Shown: positions 1-10,415 of the stretch, one piece after another
How the letters are laid out: each line of letters starts with the position of its first letter
Numbering within the stretch: position 1 is the first letter of the stretch
NCBI GenBank assembly: GCA_022813865.1
Contig: JALDZX010000089.1
Span: 1-56,388 of the forward strand
DNA length: 56,388 nt
DNA from: Xylographa opegraphella
Taxonomy: Eukaryota
Reading direction: 5' to 3'
Notes under the pieces: model-generated
The model's database searches: none
The model's input: only the letters and a program-made list of their open reading frames with translations
Told to the model about the DNA's origin: nothing
Translations under genes and position numbers: made by a program

Positions 1-963
1 AGCCGCTCATTTCGCGGTTTATTTGGCAGGCTACGACTGGAAACATTGGAGCCATATATGCCGCTCCATGAGATTGGCCAAAGACGCTATGTCCACGCAG
101 AAATTCAAATGATTGTCTACTACGAAACCTCTACAGCCACTGATTGGCCTCTTGTACTAGGCTCTTCTAAAGAAGCCTGCTATTTGTGCGACTCTTTCAT
201 CAAGGCCCATGGCTCGTTCTATGTTTCCAAAGCACATCGCCAGATATTTCGCCAGTGGACTGTTCCCGACCTCAGTGCTTACAACGATGCAACGCTACAG
301 CGATTTCGCACGGCGCTCAGCGCCGTGAACCGAGCTGTGCTAAAGGATCTACGAGATGCACGACATCACCGGTTGTTCCGACAGTACCCACTGCAAAGCT
401 CAATCAATCTACACAAAATAGTGCTTCCCACTCCTTCTCTTACTACCATACTCTCCAATACAGGGACTGAGCTTGGATCTGTGTCCACGATCTCTTGTAA
501 ACCACCTGAGATTCTTGGCCAACTTGATGGTGCCCGAAGTAGTAGTCCTACCTCGGAGACTGGATTAGAATCTGGACGAGCAGCAATTAAGAGCGAAGCT
601 ACTTTACCATATTCGGAGTCGTCCGGCTTGAGTACAATTTGTGTGATGCCTAGCTCTCCGCAACATGTTCGTTTGAATTCGCTGAATCTGCATTTCTGTC
701 TAGATGAGCAGGCTTCGACTATTACCACCATTTATAGCTCGAGAGCTATTGTTTCTTTGAAGACTTTCAAGACACAAAATGATGCAAAGGAGGATACAGA
801 ATGCCAGTGGTTCGACGTTGAAGACATACCACCTGGAGGAGAGATCATACTTACAGCCCCAGTGTCCAAAGAAGGTAACTTGGAGTTTATTCTCGCAGCT
901 AGAAGTGGAAATTCTATACGAGTGAGATGTGTGTGGCACAATGCATTAGATACCAATCAGTGA
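1..963 (+). CDS. OTT_1508-like nucleic acid/nucleotide deaminase, 3' part (5' end outside window)
   Basis: The ORF is open from the window edge to TGA at 961-963. It has the zinc-deaminase motifs VHAEIQ and GSSKEACYLC (HxE...SKxxCxxC), the signature of the OTT_1508 deaminase family, followed by a low-complexity Ser/Thr-rich tail. Confidence 0.75.
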   Translation, partial: SRSFRGLFGRLRLETLEPYMPLHEIGQRRYVHAEIQMIVYYETSTATDWPLVLGSSKEACYLCDSFIKAHGSFYVSKAHRQIFRQWTVPDLSAYNDATLQRFRTALSAVNRAVLKDLRDARHHRLFRQYPLQSSINLHKIVLPTPSLTTILSNTGTELGSVSTISCKPPEILGQLDGARSSSPTSETGLESGRAAIKSEATLPYSESSGLSTICVMPSSPQHVRLNSLNLHFCLDEQASTITTIYSSRAIVSLKTFKTQNDAKEDTECQWFDVEDIPPGGEIILTAPVSKEGNLEFILAARSGNSIRVRCVWHNALDTNQ

Positions 964-1000
964 TTACATCTGTTGATACCTAACATACGCTTGATGTCAT

Positions 1001-1875
1001 ATGAGCAAACTGGCGTCTGTCTCTTTCTTCAAGGAGGTTCAAGAAGCTGCGCAAACAGAAGATCAATCTCCATCTCAACCAGTTCGTTTTCGTTTTGTGG
1101 TTGTTGGAGGACAGACATGGTCGATTCAACCATTGACAAATCATGTAAGAATGACAGGTCTTCTCTTTGTTGTGACGTGGAAATGGCTGCTAATACTGAA
1201 GCCTTACAGCCCACTGATGAAACCCGAGTGTGGGATACTCTTAACGATACGTCTAAGGAGGCCATCTTCGATGAACTCGATCTTTTCCTTAAAATTTCTT
1301 ATGGTAAAAGACCAGCAATCGCAACCTACGCCGGGCTGGATGAAACGTATACCATTCTTAAAGCCTTTGGCATGGACATCCCGTCCACTGATGGCATCAT
1401 TTCTGCCTGCCTTACGAAAGCAAAACCTGGGCTCGGTAATGATATTGTGGAATACCCAGCCGCCTTCCTCGCGATCGCTCAAGCAATTGGCAATCGCCAA
1501 CTGTACTTGGACTCCTTCTCTCATGTTATCGGTAGTATGGTCTTCCATAATATGACCTGGGGTGCTATCACAAAGCACTATCCCGAGCTTGCGGCCATGG
1601 AGCCCATCGCTACAAAATATAGCTCTGCACCGAAAGGTCGTGTCGAGGCCCTCATAGCTCTGATGCGCAAATTCATTTGGCCGTCGATCGTGCAGACGTT
1701 TACTGCGGAATCAAAGCGCGGATTGTTCGCAGAGATGCGCGATCCAAGCTCGAATATGATTCGACCCGAGCTTACAATGGCGGAGCTAATCGGTGCAATG
1801 AAAGCGTACAAATCTTACATGTCTAACGAGCTGGGACGCAACGGCAGAGGCGGCGGCTATACAACACTTAGTTGA
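1001..1875 (+). CDS. Hypothetical protein, BTB-like helical fungal family; possibly frameshifted at 3' end
   Basis: Model: exon 1001-1144, intron 1145-1209 (GTAAGA..GCTAAT..CAG), exon 1210-1875, about 269 aa in frame. The pattern LFLKISYG...P..FLAIA..I....LY.DSFSHVIG resembles fungal BTB-like proteins (recognised by eye only). Confidence 0.5.
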
Positions 1876-2889
1876 CGCGATGCACAGGGTGGACACAAAA
1901 AGCTGGATTACTTTACCGAATTGCCGGTCAAGGAGCACGATGACAACGAACACGATGTTGGCGTGTCTTTCGCTGAGTTTACTCCGGACTTCGAGCACCT
2001 AACTTGAAGAAGATGGAAACGGAAAGACTGTGATCTCTGGGGCTTACTGGTTTGCTTTCTAGCCTCTCGGCTGTGACATTCTTTTATGTTACGTAAAAAG
2101 GAGGGAAATTCTACGGTTTCATGACAGTTCCTCTCCGGACAGGGAGGTTCCGCGATCTACCTGTCCGGAATGATTAAATTATCGCATAAATAGCCAGTTG
2201 AATACACTCATTTCTTGCCTTTAATGTCAATTGCTCGATTTCTCAATGTGATCACAACTTGATACTGCTCCTATCATAATTCCATCAAGCATCTCCCGTT
2301 ATTCTTGTGGTACAACAATTGCATGTGGTATCTGAGGTTCAGATGAGAAAATGTAGTATGATGCCATTTTATTATGGAATGAATAACGTAGTAGATTGCT
2401 GTGTTACTACGAGTATAGAGTGCCAAGTTGGAAGGCGCGATTGCAGGCCTGGCACAGGAATTTGGGCAAGCAGCAGTAGGTGGAGTCTAACCATATAAGG
2501 TTAGTTTGGCGTGCAATGGGCGCGCGCCAGGTCCTTAGGCGCAGGCGTTACAATATTCTTAATCCGAACGTCAGGGTAGAATAGGGCTGGAGACGCGACG
2601 AGTGACAATGATATGTTCGACGACACAGAGTACTCCTGCCGGTGAGCCTAAAGATCCTTCGGGTTCCACACTACAACTGGTAGGGTCAGAATTCGAATTT
2701 TGATTCTTGCCCCCTTCCAATCAGGACCGAAGGAACAGTCTCGAGTCATACTAATGTTGTACATTTCAGCCCGTTGAGTTACCCAAGTTCTTTGCTTCTG
2801 GAATCAATCTCCTTTCGGCAACCTGTTTTCCAATTATCAGCTATACATCGAGAGACTTGTCCACAATGATCCATGTTCATCGCTCTGTA

Positions 2890-3713
2890 ATGTTTCGTGT
2901 GAAATATTCTCGTACTGTAAATGTACGGAGACCACACATATGTACCATTGTTTCCAGAAGATCTGCATCGGCAGTTCACACTCCCAGAAAATCAGGTATG
3001 GCGCCCTGTGCGATACTGAGACAAGCCTGCTTATAGCTCCGCCAGGATACCCCGAGCATCTTCTGATCTATCATGCTGGTATCGGACGCACTGTATTCCT
3101 CGGATGTACCAAGATCACAACACTCTTTCTCTTCGCGTTCTCATCCCTCTTCATCGCCCCGACGTACTATTTTGCGCCTAGCGAGCCTGATTGGGCCGCA
3201 GCAGCAAGTGGGTCAACGATCTTTTAGTCAGCGTATCAAGCGTTTCTAGCTGACCAACCTTCAGTTGTTGTCGGAGGCGCCATCCCCCTCCTCTTTGTAG
3301 GATATACGACCAAGCCTTTTGTCAACTATGTTCATATTCGGTTGCCTGTCTTTGCGAGGCAGTCTCACGAGCATCTAATCAAGTGGTCCAAGAACATAGC
3401 ACCCCAGACTGAAATTGACATGACCACTATGCGTTTATATGGCTTACCTCGTGTCAGTCGAATGCAAATAGCAGAGCTCCACGAGACGAAGAGGAGTACT
3501 CTGAGTGTGGCTAACCTGGTACGTATTCCTGCCCACGAAGACTCCGCGGAGAAGAGACCTTGGTGGGTGGGGAAAGGAGTTACTCGCTTCTTTGTTGGGA
3601 CCTCGGAGCGTGGGGCCAGAGAGCTTGCTATTTGGCCCAGCGTTCTCGAAGCGATTCGATCTCGTAAGGGTGCTGGTTGGGAAAGATTAGACAGGCGAGT
3701 CACTTCCAGATAG
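2890..3713 (+). CDS. Conserved hypothetical membrane protein, probably mitochondrial (3 exons)
   Basis: Exons 2890-2995, 3037-3207 and 3265-3713 splice in frame (introns GTATGG..TAG and GTGGGT..CTGAC..CAG). The N-terminus is Arg/Ser-rich and free of acidic residues (MFRVKYSRTVNVRR), like a presequence. YPEHLLIYHAG is followed by two hydrophobic segments. An alternative in-frame ATG lies at 2866. Confidence 0.7.
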
Positions 3714-4140
3714 TCAATATTTACCTAGGTTTTCAGGTCTATTTTCCAAATGCAGTTCGTGTCTCATGTGAGCGTACACAAAGCAATGTTTGTTTATTGG
3801 TACTATCTTCCAACTGCCTTACTTTTATCGTGCTTGCCATCGACCGCTGTTAAGGTTTCCTGTAAAGCCTATTCAACCATTTAAGAAACTTGCCTGTTCA
3901 ACTATAATCTCTATTTTGCAGCACATGGATAGAACTATTCGCTGTCAACTGCCGATATTATTGCGTCAAAGCGCAATCCCTCGAACTTTGATCTGTCGTC
4001 CCACAAATCAACATGCCAAGCCGTTCCAGCCACCTCGCCAAAACCCGAAGCACAGCCATTAGGTTTATCTTAGCCCCACTGAGCGACAAAATAACACGAG
4101 TCGTGGGCTTTTGGCTTTCCTCTCGTGAGGTCTGAGAGCG

Positions 4141-4260
4141 ACATCTGTGATCCACATCTGTGATCCACATGTGGCTCAGGGTGCTCGTAGATTTGTATAA
4201 GAAAGCCTTCGTTCCCACTCCTCTCTCTCTTTCCCTTCCTCCACCACCCACACCTCCAAT
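4141..4260 (+). promoter_or_regulatory. Putative Pol II core promoter upstream of the repeat locus
   Basis: A perfect 13-bp direct repeat (ACATCTGTGATCC)x2 lies at 4141-4166, TATAA at 4196-4200, then a CT-rich tract (about 4206-4260) typical of fungal transcription start regions. Confidence 0.4.
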
Positions 4261-4271
4261 CTCAAAATTGA

Positions 4272-4500
4272 GTCTTCCCACACCAATCCGGCTATCCCCA
4301 CACAGCTAATCGGTTACTAGAACTACAACTACCCTCATCTACCATCTCAAAGCTGGTCTTCCTATACCTATCTGGCCATCCCCACTTAGCTAATGGGTTA
4401 CTAGCACTACAGCTACCCTCATCTACCATCTCAAAGCTGGGTCTTCCCACAACAATTCGGTCATTCCCACTCAGCTAATCGGACACTAGGACTACAGCTA
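4272..4500. repeat. Tandem array A: about 3 copies of an 84-85 bp unit
   Basis: GTCTTCC starts at 4272, 4356 and 4441. Each unit contains CAGCTAATCGGTTACTAG-like and ACTACARCTAC motifs; CCCTCATCTACCATCTCAAAGCTG is present in the first two units. Confidence 0.9.
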
Positions 4501-4579
4501 CATTTCCCTCTCTGGCCTGGACTTATACCTCCTTGGACCTGGACTCGAAACTCCCTCAACCTGAACTGGACCCTCCTGT

Positions 4580-5150
4580 GACCTGGACTGGGACCTCTCT
4601 GGATTGGAGCCCGACTTTGTTTCCTTGGACTGTACTGTCAGGCTCTGGACTGGAACCCCCATTGACCTGGATTGGGACCTCCCTGGATTGGAGCTTGACT
4701 TTGTTTCCTCGGACTATACCTGCAGGCTCTGGACCGGAACCTCCTTTGACCTGGATCGGGACCTCCCTGGATTAGAGCTCGACTTTGTTTCCTTGGACTG
4801 TACCGTCAGGCTCTCTCTGGACCGGAGATTTCATTGACTTGGATCGGGACCTCCTTGGATTGGAGCTTGACTTGGTTTCCTTAGACTGTACCTTCAGGCT
4901 TTGGGCTGGACCCCACCCCACTGACCTGGACTGGGACCTCCCTGGATTGGAGCTTGACTTTGTTTCCTTGGACTATCCCTGCAGGCTTTGGATTGTACCT
5001 CCAGACTCTGGACTGCACCTTCAGACTCGACTCTGGACTGGAACCGCCATTGACCTGAATCGGGACCTCCCTGGATTGGAGCTCGACTTTATTTCTTTGG
5101 ACTGTACCTTCAGGCTTTGGGCTGGATCCCCCTTCGACCTGGATGGGACC
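4580..5150. repeat. Tandem array B: about 7 copies of an 84 bp unit
   Basis: GACCTGGAYTGGGACCTCCCTGGATTGGAGCTYGACTTTGTTTCCTTGGACTRTAC-like units start at 4580, 4664, 4748, 4836, 4923, 5052 and 5136. Spacings are 84, 84, 88, 87, 129 and 84. Confidence 0.95.
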
Positions 5151-5204
5151 TCACTGCGCCTTACGGATAACGGACCACTCTCTTCTCCGCCTGGAACCGG
5201 ACCA

Positions 5205-5962
5205 AGATCAATCAAAGCAGTGGTGTCTTAAAGCTCAATTAATCAACTCAAGCAGGTAAGCTATAACGTGTCCTCGTTCTAAATCTTAATACTAATTCGT
5301 CTTTGCAGTTTGGTTAACTAGAAGGCCAATCAATGCGGGGGTGTCTTGAGGCTCAACTAACCAACTTAAACAAGTAAGCTATCCCAACCCCTTCCCCTAA
5401 ATTTCCGAATGCTGGCACTGACTCAATTTGAAAGTTTTGTGTTCCAGTTGGAAGTTAGGGATTGAAATCAATCAAAGCGGTGGTGTCTTGAGGCTTGAAG
5501 ATCCAACTTAAACAGGTAAGCTTTCCTCCCCCCCTTCCAGTTTCCAAATTATAGCACTAATTTCAACTTGAAAGATATGTTTTCCAGTTGGAACTTGCGG
5601 TCTCAAGTCAATCAAAGTGGTGGTGCCTTGAGGCTTGAAAACCCAACTTGAACAAGTAAGCCATAGCAATCTCTCCTATTCTTAAGTCCAGTACTAACAC
5701 AATTGAAGTATTGTTTTCCAGTTGGAGTTCAAAGTTAATCGAAGCGGTGGTGTCTTGAGGCTTGGAACCAACTTAAACAAGTAAGCTATTGTAATTTCTC
5801 CCATTCTAGATTCTAGCACTAACTTAACTTAGGTATTGTTTTTCAGTTGGAGTCTAAAATTAATCAAAGCGGTGGTGCCTTGAAGCTCGGAAAACCAACT
5901 TGAATAAGTAAGCTATAGCAAGCCCTCCCATTATAGATCCTGCCACTAACTCGCCTTTGCAG
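5205..5962 (+). repeat. Tandem array C: six duplicated exon-intron units (about 118-142 bp period)
   Basis: Donors GTAAGC occur at 5256, 5374, 5516, 5656, 5781 and 5908. Each is followed by a CTRAY branch site and an AG (5308, 5434, 5574, 5708, 5832, 5962). Each is preceded by the conserved block AATCAAAGCGGTGGTGTCTTGAGGCT..CCAACTTAAACAA. Confidence 0.9.
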
Positions 5963-7030
5963 CTTGGTTTACCATTCGAAGATTGGCTGGGGAGTTCCGG
6001 AATTGGTTTCCGGAGTTTACTAAGCGATGAAAAACTCTTTTGCTGACTTCCACGTACATGGACACGCCTATTTCTGTGGGTGTAGACATATATTTGTTGC
6101 TTTGGTTTAATGCTTGGCTATTTTTCTTTTCTTTACTCAGATCTAGGGAGTTCAGGGAGATTGGTTGCAGATATACAAGAAGGATAGGCTATTGAGAGAG
6201 CATACTTGAAGAATAGAATAAAAGGCGAGCAGATGGCTGAAGACCAAGATATTGTGAGAGGTATGGTGACACGGTACGTGATCGGGCGACCGCACGGAGC
6301 AATAATCAGAGTTCTATGCCAACGATTCGGTCTCTCACTGAGCGAACCAAAGGGGCAGGTGAGCGCACGACCTCCAGGAACCACATACATGGGGAATTAT
6401 ACTAACAATTGGCGATGGGACATCTGAGTAACAGCGAAAGAATGGACGGAAGGCGGGCGGGATATCGCACAGGTGATGGCTGAGACGTGCATCTACTTTT
6501 TGGGCTGTGCAGATGCGCGGTTTTGTTTTGCTTCCTGTCTGGCTGGGGCGCATTTTGGGGTCTGGGGAGTTTGGGGGACTGGGGAATGAGGATTTGGTGC
6601 TTAGTCGGTGGTTAGGAAAGCCAAGGGGAGATGCGAAAGGGGAACACGGGGACGGGAACTGAGGAAGGAACCAGGAGAGGGGATTAGAGTGGGAAACAGA
6701 GCCATGGGAGAAGTTCTTCAAGCACAGCAGCTCTGCGATTGTTTGTGAAATCCCAGGAGACCATCGTCGTATGAGCGTAAAGTTTTCTAGGCACTTGATC
6801 AAGAAATCATCCAAGCAATAAATAATCGAGTTCCCATATTTATGCACTCATCCATGCCGCACCCAGATAATCAACTAAGCCCTCGCAACGCTATACGTAG
6901 AGTCATGAGAAGAAGAAAATACAGAAAACCAAACTCCCCTCTTGTTCTCCCCGCGGCCCGATCTCCACTCATCAACAACCAGCAGTCCCTCCCACCCCTC
7001 TCAACACCTCCGCACGCCCACTCCCCACCC

Positions 7031-9662
7031 TCAAACATCCTTCACGAACCCCACCTCGACCAACTGGTCCGGATTAATCTTCATACTCGCCATCTTGCTC
7101 CGTGTATTATCCCGCAGCCACAAAAACGCATTCAGCACCACCCGCCGTCCAATCTCCGTCCGCCGCTTGATGCGCATCTGCTCCTTGCCCATGATATACA
7201 TGACCTGCGTCTCGTACGCGCGTTGCACGTCCGCTAAGCGGGCCGCGACGCCATCCTCGACGGTCGTGTCGCTCGACTTTGACGAGGACGCGCCGTCGGG
7301 CGCTTTCTCCGACGCCGTGGCCACGAGTGGGGTGCGGCTTTCGCGGATGATGAAGTCGCGGAGTTGCTCGAGCACCAGGAGGCCGAGGTCCTCGGTGACG
7401 ACCTCGTCGGTGTAGCCGTGGCGGATAATTAGGCGGAAGCAGTTGGGGATCGTGGTGCGTGTGACGGTATAGCGGTTCTCGGGCGAGACGGAGGGGGTGG
7501 AGAGTGGACGCAGGTGGAAGAAGACCATGAGGTCGGGGGTGGCGAGAAATTTGCATAGGAACTGGATGAAGACGGTGGGGGTCATGTCGCCGGCTTTATC
7601 GAAGAAGATGCCGAAGCCTATTGGAGAGGTCAGTATTCTTCGATGAAATCGAAAGTGGAATAAATACCCCTGATGTGGGTCACACGGTTGCCGCCAAAGG
7701 CGCTGGTCAGCTCCAGCTGTCCGTCAGCACCCGTGGTGACGAGGTGGGAGGGCTGGAACCGGTCGGATGCCTCGGCCGCCCATTGCTCCTCTTTGCCGAA
7801 GCGCCAGAGAATGAATATGCTGGAAAGGACGACTGCAAGAGCGAGAGTGAACCAGGCACCTTGAGGTACTTTCAAGAGTACGGAAGAGAGGTAGGCACCG
7901 TCAAGGGAGCCGAAAACGAGGAAACCGAAGAGGACGAGAAAGGGATTCAGGCGCCAGACAAGAAGCGCGACGAGGGCGACCATACATGTCGTGATGAACG
8001 TAACGAGTATGACACAAACTCCATACGCATTTCCCAACGAAGTGGTCTACGATCCGAGGTCAGTGACGAGGGTTCTTGAACATCGGATATAGGAAAGCCT
8101 ACATTATTGTAAACAGCGGTAACAATGACTGTTCCAACCATGAGAAGCCAGTTCGCAAACGGAATATACACTTGTCCATGGAAGATCTTTGATGTATGGA
8201 CCATTTTAATTTGAGGGAAATAAGATAGTTTCATAATTTGAGAAAGTAGCTTGTGAAGTTAGCTAAGACTGCTAACAAGTACCTTGTGAGACATCTTACC
8301 TGGAAAGTAGAGGTAATCATGGCCTGGGAGGCGACTATAGCAGCCAAAATAGCAACGACAAGACTTGGGTACAGCATTCCTGGAGGCACGGAGTTAAAGA
8401 AAGGATTCGAGTAGGCTGCAGGATGAACGCTTATGTAGGCCGCCTGTCCAATATAGGCCAACAGCAAACTTGGAAAGGTAAAGCAAATCCAACTGAGCTG
8501 TATTGCTCTCATACTGAAGGCTCCAAGGTCGGCGAACAAGGCTTCCACTCCCGTGAACGCAAGTAGGATTCCGCCAAGCGACTTCCAGCCGTCAGTTCGA
8601 TTCCGAACCAGATAAGCTCCTGCAAAGTAAGGCGAAAATGCCTTCAAAACTGAGTGGTCGTACCAAACTAGGTTGTAGATCCCGAAGCTAGCGTTGAAAG
8701 ACAGCCAGATAATGACAATAGGCGCAAAGAGACTTCCAATCTTAGTTATCCCAAATGGCTGTATCAGGAACAAGAAAACAAGGATACCGCACGATGATCC
8801 AATGATGGTCGAACTCGAGATGTTTGGATTGACTACCTCGAGACCTTGGATTGCACCGAGAACTGACTGTGCGGGAGTAAGGACTCCATCAGACATGACG
8901 AGTGACACACCTAAGACGCCGGCCACCTTTAGAGCAGCTTTCCCAAAGCGACTACGCTCCAGGCCGGTTCGCACAGTGCGCTCAGATGGTTTGAGGTCGG
9001 TAGAAAGATACCGTTCCATTTTCACCATCGATTCTTCCTTAGGATCGCGCTTGGTAATATTGGCCTAATGGGATCAGCATGAACGAGGTAGTGGCCATTC
9101 TGAAGCTGCACTGACATATCTGGAAAGCAAAGTGTACAATGCAAATGTTCCTCCCTCGCCTTCGTCGTCGGCCTGTAAGACAATGAATACATACTTGACG
9201 CTAACGATCAAGGTGAGAGTCCAGATAATCAGGGAAAGTGCCCCCAGGAGATCATCGTAAGAAGGGTTATCGGTAAATGTAGAAGAGTACACATAAAGCG
9301 GCGAGGTTCCGATATCGCCATAAATAACTCCAGTTGCTTGATATGCAAGCCTATCTGGTCAGAACACATTCCGTAGCACGGTGAGCATGATTGTGTACCA
9401 TAGCAAGAGCCATCCACGGAAGATCTGGGCACAGCGTCAGCTATGATGCGTTACTTATGAGTTCAATGTTTCTGCATACTTGCTTATGTTTGATATCCCC
9501 TTCCTGTTTCAAGTTTACTCCTTCAATGTCGCCATGCTTCGTGTGATACCTTTCCCCTATGCTCGAGCTATTCGAAGCACTGCGGGTCGAGTACACCCCA
9601 CCAGGCGCAGTGTTGGGCTTGATTGGACGGATTTGATCGGCAGTAAACTGAACGGTAGACAT
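7031..9662 (-). CDS. HAK1: KUP/HAK/KT family high-affinity potassium transporter (multi-exon)
   Basis: Hallmark motifs occur across the exons: [77 protein letters not shown] and the C-terminal LVEVG. ATG is at 9662 and the stop at 7031. Confidence 0.95.
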
Positions 9663-10415
9663 GCTGAACCTCCACAGATATCGACAAAGAAGCGGTCGCA
9701 ATGTGATTCTCCCAGAGGTAATCAAATCATGATTACCGCCATGGCAATTGCGAACAAAGACGAATAACAAAACAATGTAGGGGCAAAAATTAAACTGGCG
9801 ATTGGTGACGGAGATTTAAATTGGCTATCACATCATATGGAAACATCCCGCGAACTCGAGCCACAACAAAAGTCTCCGTCACTGCATGGGCCACCGCACG
9901 TGCAAGAGACATGCATGAGCTGTGGACTTCCAGCACCAAGACTGGTGGAGAAAGCGAGGGAAAATCGCGCATCTGTGATCTTTCTGTGTGGATACCATAA
10001 ATCCCTCACATTAGTGCGGAATGCTAATACCTCCTGCTGCATCTGGCCATCATGAATGCAACAAAAGGCGAACTTAACCTTAGAGAAAAGCCATTGACAG
10101 AATCACGCCTACCTTATCGTCTCAGAAAAAGACTGTGCAAATGGTGAACGCGATCGAGGCGCTCAAGGTGATATCCCTAACCACTTAACATTGCCATTCG
10201 ATTATTTGTCAATACCGGCCAAATCGTGGTAAAATAGAGAAATACACATCGTAGCACAGTGCTACCTTTTGGATATGAGGTATACAGTCGTCTTGATGAG
10301 ATAAACCCCTCCGACGCCACGCTATGCAGGTAGTAGTACAACCTTCGAACCCCAACGTAGATTTCTATACCGCGTCTATCTGCAAATGTATCCACCTCTT
10401 CTAAACGTATTGAAC

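Noticed and set aside
4580..5962. Regularly spaced repeats resembling a CRISPR array
   Set aside because: The context is eukaryotic and no cas genes are present. Whole units are homologous rather than repeat plus unique spacer, and the variable parts of array C are spliceosomal introns.
6232..6480. Short ORF MAEDQDIVRGMVTRYVIGRPHGAIIRVLCQRFGLSLSE with a faint Clr5/HTH-like pattern
   Set aside because: It is too short, no convincing spliced continuation could be built, and the similarity is subjective.
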